A stretch of 47,204 nucleotides of DNA from Vitrella brassicaformis CCMP3155 (taxonomy: Eukaryota; Protista; Chromerida): positions 1 through 47,204 of the forward strand of contig CDMY01000584.1 of assembly GCA_001179505.1 (NCBI GenBank). Reading direction: 5' to 3'. A program made the position numbers and the translations under genes. Of the stretch, positions 12,101-25,113 are shown piece after piece. Every line of letters starts with the position of its first letter. The first letter of the stretch is position 1. The notes under the pieces are model-generated. The model did not search any database. It saw only the letters and a list, made by a program, of their open reading frames with translations, and was not told where the DNA came from.

Positions 12101-12891
12101 ATGGAGGAGGAAAAGGAACACAAGTAGGCGACGCCACAACCACACGCCATGACCAGCTGACGCACACCGGGAGTGTGTGTGCGTCTGTGTGTGTGTCAGG
12201 TTGGTTGAGGCGACGAGCCAGGAGAAGGAGTGTGTTTTGGCGCCCTTCTCCCCTGAGGCACGTCGACAACAGGTACCACCACATACACCACCAGCTCAAC
12301 ACAGACACTGACACGCCGCATCTGATCGTCTCCCCTTGACCGCATTCAGGCTCGTTCGCTCATCCAGCAGTTCGGCACAGCCAACGGTAAATGCACTCAG
12401 GCAGGCAGTCGGGCACGTGCTCTCTCCATCTTCATGTGTGTGTGCAGTGGATACATGGGAGGGTCTGCCTCCACCCTCCGACTATGTGGCGGCCCAGGCG
12501 CAGCAGCAGCCACCCATCCAGGAGCGGTCGCAGGAGGACAAGGAGTACGACAAAGGCAAACTCAAGAAGGACAAGAAGAACAAACACACCACCACACACA
12601 TCAAGACCGATGCACACACAGACACAGGTCAGCCACAACACACAGAGAGACAAAGAGGCGCACCACGGGGGCAACGGTCGTGTGCACATGTGTGTGTGTT
12701 GGTGTGCAGGTGACGGTTTGCCAGTGGTGGTCAACGCGTCCGCCTTCGATGCCGTGCTCGAGGGCCGGAAGCACGGTGCCTTACACCACCACAACCACCA
12801 CAAGCACCATGGGCGCGATTCACAGAAGCGTCGCGTCAAGAAGGACAACAAGTTTTTGAAGAAGGGCAAGGCGGGCGGGGGGTTTCAATGA
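9103..12891 (+). CDS. USP36: Ubiquitin-specific protease, USP36/USP42-like (multi-exon)
   Basis: Cys box GLFNERNDCYLNATVQAL, QADAHEF, CKTC/CPEC zinc fingers, His box SHRGWTANSGHYVTYAK..WYCFDD. The C-terminal QFGTANVDTW and EYDKGKLKK segments resemble the USP36 tail. Confidence 0.88.
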
Positions 12892-14295
12892 GTGAGTGAC
12901 AAACAGCAAACGCCACACACACACTCTTGTGCTCATCTGCTTTAGAGGAGTGAGGGGAGGGGGGGGAGGGGGCAATTATGGGGAAATTCACTGTCCATTT
13001 GGGCCTTTTTTGGCTGGCAGTCCGCCGGATAGGCGGCACCTGCCGTGCAGGCCACTGCGTGTGCGCGTCCATCTGCCGCAGTGGTGTGTGGCTGATTGAT
13101 CGGCTGGGTGGATGTGCTGGTGGGTTCATGCCGGTGTGTCCGCGTGGGAATGAACGCACATGCATGCAGTTTTGAAGCAAGCAGTGGCGTGGTGTCGGTC
13201 GTGTGTAGTTCCCAGCAGTGTGTTGACTGATTGGTTGGTCCGTGTGGTGTTGGTCCATCCGTGTGTTGTCTACCCCCCATCGAGGTGCATAAGTCGACTA
13301 CTGAGACTTGGTGGATGTGGCCATTCATAGCTATCAAATCAATCAACGAGAGATGCGCATATATATCCTCCACTGACCAGCCCGCGTCCACCCAGTGGCT
13401 CACCGACATCACAACATGACGTCAACACAGAAAAGTGTCTTTCCTCTTTAGCAAACAAGCGCCGTCTGTGAGCCGTCGAAGGCAGGCGTGTGGTCCTGAC
13501 TCATAGACAGCTCTGCACCCACGTCTGCACTGCATGAGGAAAAAGAGGCGCAGTGACAACCCCAAACTCACACAGCACAACATCACGCATATTGTCTAAC
13601 TAAAGCTTCGGCAAACTACCGAAATCGGTATGCAAGATGCGCGCCAGCCCCGAACCATCAAGTACGGCTGCCTGGATGAACTGGCTGTGGGTAAGTGTGT
13701 AGTTTGGGATATTACGTACTCTCCTCAGGTGGAGGACAGCATGCACGCTACGAGCATTAAAACATCATGACCAGAACATCTACACCGTCCCTCTCTGTCT
13801 GTCTGTCTGTCTGTGATGGTGTGTACGTGTAATTTCGCGTCACGCCGCACTACGACAGGGGCGTGACACAAGCATCAGGGAAAAAGACGCGTGGGGGACG
13901 AGACGGCATATCGTACACGGTAAACTCTGCTGGGCCCCCTTCCCTCATCCCCTATGACACGCAACATGCACCCACAGGTCTACGGTGACGAAAAAAGGAC
14001 TAAACTACCTTACGCGGCTTGTTTGTCTACGCCACACCGCTCTCTAAAAGCGGCGGTACCTGAACACCAAGCAACACACACAGAGGGATACAGACGTCAC
14101 ACACACAGACCAAGAGGTCCGTCGAATCCATCCATCCAAGTATGTGAGCGTACCCGTATCCCACACGCAGAGGCGTGGTTGCTCGGGCCACACGGGCAGC
14201 GGGCCTCGGACGACTGGACGCACAAATGGCAGTGAAATAGGCACCTTATCACATGGGGATCTGTCCATGCAAGTGCGTATGCATCTGTCCACTTA

Positions 14296-15544
14296 CTAGT
14301 AGGGCCGACCCACAGCCACACCGACTGGCCCAACTCTCACACCGATGCCCAGCTGGCGCCTGACACGTGCATGATACACACACTCATCCATCACCACCCA
14401 TGGCATCCTCGCCCTTCCTGGTGGCTCCCCCACCTTGGTGCGCTGAGTCTCCTCTTTCCGCTGTCGTCGGCCACCTCTTCTTGCTCCTCGACGGAATCGG
14501 CAGACGTGTCCACGGCCGTCTCGTATTCCTCCAGTATGGTGTCGCTGAATTCGGGGCCCTAACACGACAAGCAACACAGACAGGAAGATACGGGTGATGC
14601 ACGCTCTCTTGCGACAGGCATGGATACCCTCTCACTCACCGCAAAGACGGCAATGGGGCTCTCCAGGTCGTCAGCTGAAAACAGGTTGGCGCCCTCAGGG
14701 ATGAGCACGAGTCTGTCGCCGCCCACAAAAAAGACCTCAGCCGTCGGCTGGCCCTTCTCGTCGATGAAGCGATTGACGTTCTGGATCCTGTACACACGCT
14801 CGTATGTCAGATTGTTGCCGCCGGTCTCGTTGCCCCAATGGAGGTAGATCGTCTCGACCTGGCAGGTGAAGTGGGGATGGATGTATTCGTGTGTGTCTTG
14901 CTGTGTGCCTGGAGGTGCCTACCTTCTGGACGTTGGACAGGTCGGCGTCAAGCACCTTGAAGATGCCTGATTGACAACATCGACAACGCCCTTGCCGTGC
15001 GTCCTTCATCCATTGTGCTGTCCTTTCCATTACTGATCTCATCGAGGTACTCAGCAGTCCTCACAACCTCATCGCCCACTGCTCGCAGGATGCCCACCCT
15101 ATCCGGCGCAAACTTCTCGCCCCTCGCCGCTGCCTGCTCGATGCGTTCATACAGCTCTGGGCATGTCCTCTGCACCTCCTCCAGCCCGGCCGTCACGTTC
15201 TCAGGCAGCTCTGACACCACACACAAACCAACACACACACACACAGAAGACAACACGCGATGTGGCGGTCCATCCGGGTCAGCGCTTACCGCCAGACTCA
15301 TCCCTGAGGTCGTCGAAGCTCACGCTCTCGTCATCTTGCATACGGCGACGCACCGTGACGGCCTGCAGACACCAGTCAACGTGAATGAGTGACCAGCGAG
15401 GGGAGGGGTGGGTGCCCGGCATACCTGTTGCTCGTGTGTGAGGGCGAGGAGGCGCTTTTCCATGCGATCGATGGACGTCTGGAGATGGTTGACTTGGAGG
15501 AAGAATACAGCCGCGAGGGCTGACGCAACAAGGACACCACGCAT
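14296..15544 (-). CDS. Secreted hypothetical protein with acidic C-terminus (about 7 exons)
   Basis: Signal-like MRGVLVASALAAVFFLQV; exons ..RRRMQDDESVSFDDL.., ELPENVTAGLEEVQRTCPELYER.., YRIQNVNRFIDEKG.., EEVADDSGKRRLSAP|RRQLGIGVRVGPVGVAVGRPY*. Confidence 0.65.
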
Positions 15545-15760
15545 GTTGGATAAGGCAGATCTTCGCTTATCTCCTCTTACCTGTTGGCAGCAACACCAAA
15601 GCAATGCTCGTGCGGTCCATGGCGTCGGATCTGTGGGGAAAGACTTGCCAAAGTGCGAGCTTGGGGGCGAGTGGGGGCGGGGGATGAGCCTGAGACGAGC
15701 GACAGGCCGCGGGCAGCACACGCTGTCGTGAAGTCTTGCGCCTCCTTCTATCGACCTGTG

Positions 15761-16709
15761 ATGGGGAAGGGCATTGTTCTTCTACCGCTCTTCCGCCTCT
15801 CTCTGCTGGCATCTGTCTTCTTGACGGTCGTGGGATGCATCATCTGCGCCAGACTCGCCCTCGACTCAAACATGCTCTACTGGCCCAGGTTCCATCCGTC
15901 TGTGAGTTTCGCCGGCAGCCCCGAGCGGTACGTCGCCGCTTTATCTCTCATCTTGGCTGGAACGTGCTGGCTGTATTTCATTTGGGGCCTCCTCACCGCC
16001 AATCTTCCGGTGCCACCGCTGCTGAAGGGGAGGGTGCAGCTGACCGGACTGATGGCTGCACTGGGACATATTGGGCTGGTCGGCCTGCTGGTAATCTCTG
16101 CTTTAGTTGTTGGATTTGGGATGTTCCCCCACTGTGTGTCTGTCCACATATGTAGGTCATCCCGGTGTTCGAGGAGGAAGCTGTCCACAACGCGTTTGCT
16201 TCCGTGTGGTGAGGCGACAGGGCTTGGGGGAGAAGACTCGTACGTGCAGAGCTCCCTGTCTCTCTTGGCTGGCCATCCTCTGCAGGTTTGTGGCTATCAT
16301 GATCCAGACAGGTTTGATGGCCTTTCTGCTCGACGCACCCCTGCTGCCTTCGGTGCTCCCTTCTCTCCTCCCCCCCCCCTCCTCCCTTGAGAGAAGCTGG
16401 CGTCACCTTCGGAAGCTGATCGCTGCGCTGATGGCCGTCTGCTGTATGCTGATTGTCGTACCCCAGCAGCTTGGCGTGACGGACGATCAGGACCTCTTCT
16501 CGATGGTGGCCATATCTGAGTGGGTGTTCTTGCTGGTGGCTGTTTTGTTCATGCTGTCGTGTTGGCCATACGCTCTGGGGTTTGATCTCATGCAGCCTTT
16601 TCACGTGAACCTACGCGGCTGTGTATCTGGGGGTGGGGAGGAGTCGGGGGGTAGCAGTGGCAGCAGGCAGACGGGCGTGGGCAGTGAGTCGCCCAGCGGT
16701 GGGGGCTAA
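15761..16709 (+). CDS. Frag1/DRAM/Sfk1-family multi-pass membrane protein (3 exons)
   Basis: About 6 hydrophobic segments with PSVSFAGSPERY, AVHNAFASVWF and AISEWVF motifs typical of the family. Confidence 0.78.
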
Positions 16710-16950
16710 ACTGTGGCGAGGACGTCATGGTGGTGTTGGAGACGTGACTCCGTGCATGGTATTCACACATGCTTGTTTAACAAATGATGAAAGCACCCGC
16801 AAGATGGATGCAGTGTCGGTCAATCAGCCACGTGCAGGCACACAGATGTCCCGTGAGCGACGCCGTGATCACATCACCGACAGCCACCACACACACCAAC
16901 GACCTCAGCATTGAGTCAGCAACAAGGCCAGTACGCTCAGCTCAACAAAA

Positions 16951-18675
16951 TCATGTGACGTCCCCCTGGTCTTCTGCGTCATGTCCTTCGCCTTCCACCA
17001 CGTATGCCGCGCCGGCAGTGTCAGGCGCCCCGCCCCTCTCCTCCCTTGTTGGTGGAGACACGATTTCCCTGCTCGCTCCCTCTTCTGGGGCCGCCGATGC
17101 CTCTGGCTGACCGGGGAGCTGCGGCGTCTCTTCCAAGTGCACACCTTGGCCTGCGTCTTTATGACCTCCAGTGGCTTGGTGTCCATCCCCCTCCTGTGTG
17201 TGTCTCCGCTTGTCATCTCTTGGGCCATCCTCGCCCGCTGGCCCTTCATCAGACTCCGTCTCGCCGACAGACAGCCGCTTCTGCGAGACAGACGTCGCCC
17301 TGGAGCGTACGAGAGATAGACACACAGAGGTAGACAGACAGCGTCCATCCATCCATCCATCCATGTGTGTATGACGGCCGAGCTGACCTGCTGCGGATGG
17401 TCTCTAGCCTCTTGGTTGTCTGCCGTGGATCCCCTAAAGCTGGATCTGCAGCTGCTGCGAAAATGTCGTAGTCGACGCCCGCTGCTCGCAGAAGCTCTTC
17501 TGACACAGCCCACAACTTGCTGCCGAAGGCCTCGTTCTGGCAGATGGGCAGAGGCTCGACCATGCGGCAGTCAATGAAGTACTTCCCACTCGTCTGTCGA
17601 CATGAGGGGAGGGAGAAAGGCAGGTCGAATGGTTGGGAGTGTGATGTGTGTATGTATGCATCACTTGTTCCACGGTAGGTGAGGAGGCCAACCACACCGC
17701 CGTCCAGGCACCCATTTCAGCTGTCCGTAATGGGCACAACAGCTGCCAACAAGACAGACAGACAAACACCCTAGTCTCTGGTGGGGATGGCCGTGGTTGA
17801 ATCGATCACGTACCCTGAACAGGGTGGCCCCGCAGCCCGTTGCCCTCTTGAATGCCGACGCCACAATCCCTGGATGAAGCGCATTCGATGTACAGCCCCT
17901 TCCCATCAACCTGAGAGACATGCATGGCGGTGAGGTGTACGAGTCAGACTGCACCACACCTTCTTGTTAGCTCTCTGGAGAGGGCAATGTTGTAGAGCTT
18001 CGTGGCACAATACGACGAAAAACTGCTGTACCTGCCGACACAGACATACATAGAGACACAGCTCATAATACACGCACAGCCATGGCCATGCACACTGCAA
18101 GGAGACATGGACTGTTCACCGCTCTCGTACCGCTTCTCAAAACACAGGTCATCTTGGTCAACTCTTGCGAAGCGGTATATCTCGCCGGACACAAAGATGA
18201 TGCGAGAGGGCGCCGACGATATCAGCACGTCGAGCAGACCGACCGTGAGAAAGAATGGACCGAGGTGGTTGTGTGCGAACGTCACCTCGAAGCCGCCAGA
18301 CGTCGTCGTCCGCTTTGCAGGTCCCTTTCTTCCTGAGTTGTGTATGAGCACATGCAGGGGCAGATTCCTTGAGTGGAACTCGCAGAGGGCGTCTTCCACC
18401 GACTGCATGGACGACAGATCCATCACCAGACCATCTTCCACCGCGGCCCCGGGAGTCTCCTTCCGCAGCTTCTCGGCAGCCTTGTCCAGCTTCTTTCTAC
18501 TCCTCGCAGCGCAGATGACTGTCGCCCCATGCTTGACAAGCCATCTTGCAATCTCGAAGCCAATACCAGCCGTGCCGACGCCAGTCACAAGACACACCCT
18601 TCCACACATGTCTTGCTTTATGGGCTTGATGCGCGAGCCCCAGCAGCAGCAAGAACCGTGGCAGGACGAAATCAT
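16951..18675 (-). CDS. Short-chain dehydrogenase/reductase (RDH12/WWOX-like) with acidic C-terminal tail
   Basis: VCLVTGVGTAGIG, DLSSMQSV, LIHNSG, TFAHNHLGPFFLT, catalytic YCATK, NALHPGIV and GKYFIDC. Confidence 0.92.
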
Positions 18676-18754
18676 GCTCGCGGATGCCGATGATCAGTGT
18701 GGGCGTCGTGGGGGCGTCCCATCTCCAGTCTCCTCAGGCTTCGTCCGATTCCCC

Positions 18755-20086
18755 ATGGCCAGTTTCTTCAGCTGCAGCATCCCCAAAGCTCTCTCAGCCT
18801 GTGGCAACTGCGGCATCTCTGACGCAGCAAGCCTCCGATGTGACAACTTGAAGCCCTGCGGTATCGACTGCAGCAGTGTGGCGCACCAAGCAGCCTCGTG
18901 CTATCGCAATCAGACCAAAGCCCCGGAGAGCCGGGATTGTGAGCGCTTCATCGACTGGCATGAGGTGTCAACACATCTGTCCCTGAACACCCGGGAGCTG
19001 ACGAGTGAGACACATGAGAGAGAACTCACCTGGGTGCATTTCCTACGTTCAGTTTGCACTCCGTGTGTCTGTGTGTCTGTGTTTGTGTTGGCAGCGCGGC
19101 AGAAGCAGGTCATCGAAAGCGCTGTCAATACCTGGTGCAGCTTCCTCGTGCAAGGTGGGGCTCCAATGAACACACCAATGTCTCCTCTCCTTGCCTTGTC
19201 CGTCTGTCTGTGTCTGTCTGCCTGTGTGGCGCATGGGGGGAGACCCCAGGATCTCCCTTATTATGCACTCTCACTTACTCTGCTATTCAGGCGCCTCCCT
19301 CTGCTTTCGCCTGCCTTGGTCGCGGCAAGAGACTCTGCTGCTGGATGTGCGCCAGATGAAGCTGTCCCTGCGTTCCTACACCATGCCGCTGATTTCGCTG
19401 GCACGAATGGACATGGAGACATCCATGGTGGGTGTCCGGGAGAGACGCTGCACAATACCAACGCATCCACATCCCTTTCAATGACCTCCCATCGATGTCT
19501 CCTTTCTCCCTCGATTGTTCCTTGTTTGGCAGCCTGGCGAGTATGATCTGAAGCTGGAGTTCGACGAGGTGCTGACACCGTCGACCGTCCTCGCTCCCCC
19601 CTTGCCATTCATAGTCTGCCTGTCGTTCGCCGAGGAGAAACAGCGACTCTCTTTTGCACTCACCATGAAGGCAATGAGAGCCGCTGACACACACACACAC
19701 ACACAACCAGAGAGAGAGAGAGAGAGACAAGACCATTGATGCACGCCTTGCTATGTACGCTCACCCAGGTGCTTCGTTCGAGTGCGACCAATCCGACGCC
19801 CATCCACCGCCCCTTCCTGAGGCGAGACGAGTCAGCCAGTGGCACTCGCGGCGTTTTCGTCTCCCGTCTGCCATCCGCCCTCCGGCAGACCCAGCATCAC
19901 AACCAACAGCTGCTGCAGGAGACAGGGACAGACAAAGGGGAGGGGCGGGCCGGCAAGGCTGCCGAGGATGAGAAGAGCACCGGGGCTGTGCGTGGTGGGG
20001 CCGAGTGGCTGAATGTCGATATCAAGTGTGAGGACGAGATGGGCGAGGAGCGGACGAGGCTGCTGGGAGAGGACATGATGGTGTGA
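18755..20086 (+). CDS. Putative PH-fold protein resembling apicomplexan IMC sub-compartment proteins (ISP-like), Cys-rich N-terminus
   Basis: MASFFSCSIPKALSACGNCG; spliced ..WCSFLVQGASLCFRL..LLLDVRQMKLSL..FIVCLSFAEEKQRLSFALTMK|VLRS. One GC-AG intron at 19671. The family call is from recalled motif similarity only. Confidence 0.5.
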
Positions 20087-21038
20087 GAGGCTGCCGGTGG
20101 ATGGACTTATGTATGTGGCGTTGGGAGGGATGGAGGCATTAATTAGTGTGACTAGTGGAATGCCACTGAATGGATGGATTGATGGATGGATTGATGGATG
20201 GATGAATGGTCGATGGCGTGTTGGATGGTTGAAGGTGTATCTGTGCTGGCTAGCCGATCGCTCCATCAATCCACACACTTTTGCAGTGGCAATCTGTGTT
20301 GAGGTGAATAGTCTGCCACATGCATCGCGCGCTGTCCATTCTCTCTCTCTCTCCTTTGTGTGTATGTGTGTATGTTCTGTCAGTAGGTAGGTCATTTCCC
20401 CTCCTGTACACGCACACCCAGACGGCCATTGCAGCGGGTCCACTCACTCAGTCACGACTGACAAACGGGCAGGCAGGCAGGCAGGCAGGCAGGCAGACAG
20501 GCAGGCGGACCGACACGGCTGAAATCCCATCAGTCAACCAAGTTGGTCGGTCGGTCGAAAAACACCACTAAAACACAACGAAATGTCTGAAAGCTCATGC
20601 TGGGTCGTGGCCGTGACGACGAAAAACAACCAAAGGGAAAGTAAAGGAAGGAAGACGGCCAGACAGACAGAAAGGCGTGCAGGCAGGCAAATGAGTGAGA
20701 GGCATAAGAAGGCACGTCAAGGCACGGCAAGCGATCGAGCGGCGCGGAAACGCAAAGTGCCACTCTGGCAAAGACATCCAACCATCCGAACATCCGAACA
20801 AAGGAACGCACGAGGCACATCCGTAGGTAGTAGCTATTCAGTCAACACCCACCGACCCCACTGCACTCACTTTGAATTGGGCCACCATCCACTCAACCAC
20901 GCACGCACGATGTGTGTGTGTATGCAATGGAGGGATGGATGGATGGGTGGGTGGTCTTGAATTAGGTGTGTAGCTAGCGTATCGCCCGGGCAGCTGGCTA
21001 AGGGCCCTCTGGGCTCTGGGTGTGTGGTGTGTGTGGGC

Positions 21039-24000
21039 TTAAAAGAGGAAGAGGATGGCCGCAGCCGCGAGAGCGAGTGGCGTGACGAACGAGGCGCCCG
21101 TGGTGAAGGCCGCATTCTTCTTCTTCTTCGGGGTTGCCTGAGGGAATAAGACAAGACAAGGCAGGAGTAAAGCAACGAAGAGGTGGTGAGGTGGTTGCTC
21201 ATTCATTCAGCTAGCCAAGTTATATGCCTACCCCTTGGCCCTCGCTGGGCAGATCGTCGGGGTCTGTCATGGCGGAGAGGTCTCCACTGATGATTTCGTC
21301 GAGGTTGGGTGTGTTGTCAAAGGCCATCGCGAAGGCGTTGTCGAGGTCGCCGGACGACTCAGCCACCATGATGGCCACGTCCAGGCCGTCGTCGGTCGCG
21401 CCGTTCGTCATGACGACAGTCTTCACCTCAACGCTAGGATTGTCCTGCACAGACAGACAGACAGACAGACACAGGCAGGCACAGGGGTCGGAGTACACAG
21501 AAGACAACACGCGCACCGCCCTCCCGCCCTTCCCGCACACTGACTCACCTGGAGTTCGCGCAGGACGAGGTCGCGTGTGCGGAAGAGGCGTCGGAGACGG
21601 CCAGTGCCGGCGCACCTTGCGGATGCTCGGCAGGTGCCCAGGCTGTAGCTGTCAACGCAAAACGTGAAGTCGCCTGGTAGATTGAACGAAGAAAGGAAAG
21701 GAGACGACGAGACACAAAGCGACATGGATGCGGTGTGCGCGTGCGTGCCGTGAGGCTTTTTCGCTTACAGGCATCGCAGGCGATGCTCTTTTGCATGCCC
21801 GTCAGCAGCTGTGCGGCCAGCGCCTACGAAAGCGCCCAGATGCGTGTGTGTGTGTGTATGTGTATGCGTGTGCGTGTGCGTTTATCTGTCCTTTATCTGT
21901 GTCGCTGGCTGCCCGGCTCACCTTGGTGACGTCGCACTTGGTGGGGTCGGTCATGTTGGCCTTGCTGATGCCGTTGATGGTCGTCCTGATCTCATAGCGG
22001 CGGGGCTGCGTCAGGGCTGCTGTGCACTGGGCGTTCGACGTCAAAAGCTGTCGGCAAACAGAAAATCAAATCAGTCACACCAAACGAATGCACGTGAGCG
22101 CTCAATGGATAGATGGACTGCTCGGCTTTTCTCACCGCATCGCAATTGCCGTTGGGTTCCTCCACTGCCTCCTGCAAGCCGTCGCACACATGCACACATT
22201 CTTCCTTCCTTCCGTCCGCTCTCCCCCCTCCTCGCTCAGCTCACTCACTCCTTGACTAAGTGACGTACCGGCAGTGGCGGATCCTCAACCTCTGGAACTT
22301 CTGGCGCGGGGGAGGTCGAAGCATCAGTGCCATCATCATCGGCACCGGGTGTGGTGCTGCTGCCGTCGCCAGTGCCACCGTCGCCACCGTCGCCACCGTC
22401 GCCACCGTCGCCACCGTCGCCACCGTCGCCACCGTCGCCAGAAGAGGGCGTGGGTGAGGTGCTCTCGTCTTCACCACCGTCGCCACCGTCGCCACCGTCG
22501 CCAGAAGAGGGCGTGGGTGAGGTGCTCTCGTCTTCACCACCGTCGCCACCGTCGCCAGAAGAGGGCGTGGGTGAGGTGCTCTCGTCTTCACCACCAGTGC
22601 CGGGATCCTCGCTGGTGCTGGGCTCCTCGCTGGTGCTGGGCTCCTCGCTGGTGCTGGGCTCCTCGCTGGTGCTGGGGTCCTCCGTCGAGCTCGACGCGGG
22701 GTCAAGCCGACGCAGCTCAGCGCCGTCGAAGTCCTCGTACTCGACGTCGATCTCAACTTCACGAAGCTCACGAAGCTCGCGACGGAAACCTCCGTACGTG
22801 CGCTGCTTCTCTGTGCAGAGGCACGCAGACAGACAGACAGACAGACGGACATGAGAAACAGAAATCAGGATCGATTCGCGCTGAGAAGGGTGCTTCGCTG
22901 TGCTGTGGCGTGGTGCGCTTACCGTAGAAGGACTGGTAGAAGAGGGCGCCACAGCAGCTGTAATTCCCCGGGGCGATCTGGATGTACAGAGTGTCGCAGT
23001 CCGGACTCTGCTGAGTGTCTGCAGAAGGCAAGAGCATCCACGGACACCAGCGATGTTTCATATGCAGCACCATCCGTGGCATGCCATTTGCTCACAGATG
23101 TCAAGGCCTTGGCGATTGGGCAGCCTTCCGAATCCCATGTCACCCTGCAGGCAGGCAGAGAGACACAAGAAGCCGGTCAGTCAGCCCCCCGCCCACCCCA
23201 CCCATGCACCCGTCCATTCATCCATCTACCTACCGGGCTATCGCCGGGCAGGGTGTTCAGCTCAGAGGGGTCCTTTGGCTGAAGCTCCCGGAACTCGGCA
23301 TCGTCCTCCTCGAGCTCACGACGGGCTGCTCCGGTGGGCAGCTCGGTGGTCGAAGAGACTTCTTCCTCGGCCGCGGCGGTCGTCGACATTTCTTCCTCGG
23401 CCGCGGCGGTCGTCGACATTTCTTCCTCGGCCGCGGCGGTCGTCGACATTTCTTCCTCGGCCGAGGCGGTAGTCGAGACGGACACGCCACAAGCCTCCGG
23501 TTGCGTGACTGGAGTGGCATCTCCGCCGGGGAGAAGGTCCGCGAACTGTACACACGCAGAAAAGGGGGAAGCGAAGTGTGTGTGAGTGAGTTGTGTCGTC
23601 GCGCTTTAGTGCATGTGTGAGGTCGCCTTACGTTGTTCCAGCAGTACGTGTCGCCAGACTGCAGGACGAAGGAACAACGAAGCAACACCACACAATTCTC
23701 TCCCCTTTCTGTGTTGTTGTTGTCCGTGCCTGTCTGTCTGTGTTGGGGTGGAGGTCTGTGTTGCTTGTGGTACCACTTACCTTGGAGCACAGCATCTTCA
23801 TGTAGTTGTCGCCCCTACGGCGATCGTCACCGGAACCCAATGAGTTGAGAAGCAGGCCAGTGTTGGTGAAGAAGCACCGGTCGGTGCACACCTGCTCGGG
23901 CTTGCCATAGCTCTCCACTTCGGCCAACGCTCCTGACAGCCACAGACAGGAAGAAAGAGGGGAGGAGATGGAAGGGAGATGCGTACCACTGTGGGTCATG

Positions 24001-25113
24001 TGTTCCAGTGTGTGGGCGTATGTGTTACATACCGTGCCGACGGATGGCGACGTCGAGTACCTCCATGTGATGGGGCAGGGCGTCCAAGCAGTAGACGTCT
24101 GTCGTGTCAGCCTGCACAAAGGCAAAGACAGAGATGGCCGCAGTCCCCTCATGTGACTTGATTACGTGCATCTGTGTGTGCCTCCTGGCCATCCCATCCA
24201 CCCACCTTCTTGGCACAGACGGAGTTGAGGGTGCTCATTGCCTTCCGTACCTCTGCACACCCAGGGCCCTTGAAGTCAGCGTCCTCCAGGCGCACCTCCA
24301 TCTTGCGGATGGCGGCCTTGATGCAGCCGTCGACAGTATCCGTGGTACCACACGCCGTCTTGAGGAAGTCGTTGTCGAACATGGCAACGTTGGAGGCGTC
24401 TTCCAAGACCATGGCGCACTCTGGACAGGGTACAGGGGCAACAAGCAGACAGAGACGTTACATGAGGAAGCAGCCAACATGGATGGAACTCTTGTGTGCG
24501 AGTGTGTGCGAAGACCCCACTTACTTCCACCAAGCGGCTGCATGTAGCTGACGAACTCTTCGAACGCTGGGCAGCAGCCGTCTGATGGCCGGAGGTTGCA
24601 CACCGACGGGGGAATGTTGGGTCCGAACTGACACACGCACACACACACACACACAGATGGACGCGTCAGTGCATCGAACTCCTCTTTTCCTGTCTGCGGT
24701 AGCATGGTGTCTGTCGATGTGTACCACGTTGTACAGGGTGGTACTCGGTGAGGACTTTTTGAGGAGGTTAGCGACGTGCTTGAAACGGGTCCCCGCGATG
24801 GAATCAGTACAGAGGTCTGTAACTTCCTCACTGGGCGGATCAGGCGTCTGCAGCAGAAAAAGGGAAAGAGAAGGCCGGTGCGAGGATGGTGCACCATGAA
24901 ATGGTCAGATCTCACCGTACAGAGGACCCTGCGCCGCCATCAGCAGCCACATTGGCCGTACCACCACACAAAACACCACACAAAGGGCATACACGGGCAT
25001 GAGACACAGGTGGACGGCATTCCAACCGTTTTTTGCCGGATCTGCGTGTCGGTTGGGTTCATGGCTTACGTGCTGAGCCCTAGGAGGGCGAAGAAGGCGA
25101 TGAAACGCAGCAT
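21039..25113 (-). CDS. Large Cys-rich GPI-anchored surface protein A (about 14 exons, Ser/Thr/Glu/Gly-Asp repeats)
   Basis: Signal MLRFIAFFALLGLSTVLC; Cys modules DGCCPAF, GCAEVRK..SVCAKK, VCTDRCFFTN..MLCSK, YCWNN, YSCCGALFYQSF; C-terminal NAAFTTGASFVTPLALAAAAILFLF* looks like a GPI signal. Confidence 0.82.
22368..22680 (-). repeat. Coding tandem repeats in protein A: (GGD)n 9-bp units, GGEDESTSPTPSSGD units x3, STSEEP 18-bp units x4
   Basis: Direct repeats cgccaccgt, gaagagggcgtgggtgaggtgctctcgtcttca and ctcgctggtgctgggctc visible on the + strand. Confidence 0.9.
23365..23470 (-). repeat. Coding 30-bp tandem repeat (STTAAAEEEM) x3-4 in protein A
   Basis: ttcttcctcggccgcggcggtcgtcgacat repeated. 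Confidence 0.9.

Noticed and set aside
12568-12710. Possible non-canonical GA donor in USP36 tail
   Set aside because: A canonical GT donor near 12627 gives the correct phase.
13420-14290. Exon-like pieces with splice signals (donor gtaagt near 13700, acceptors near 13728 and 13977)
   Set aside because: No coherent reading frame could be built; may be UTR, lncRNA or a relic, but unsupported.
18002-19546. 514-aa + strand ORF
   Set aside because: It is the antisense shadow of the SDR exon joined to exon 1 and introns of the ISP-like gene; it reads through microsatellite intron text.
20090-21030. Short ORFs between the ISP-like gene and protein A
   Set aside because: Made of GGAT, GCAG and CT microsatellites; consistent with convergent 3' UTRs.
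23365-23470. 30-bp direct repeats as a CRISPR array
   Set aside because: No spacers; in-frame coding repeat in a eukaryotic gene.
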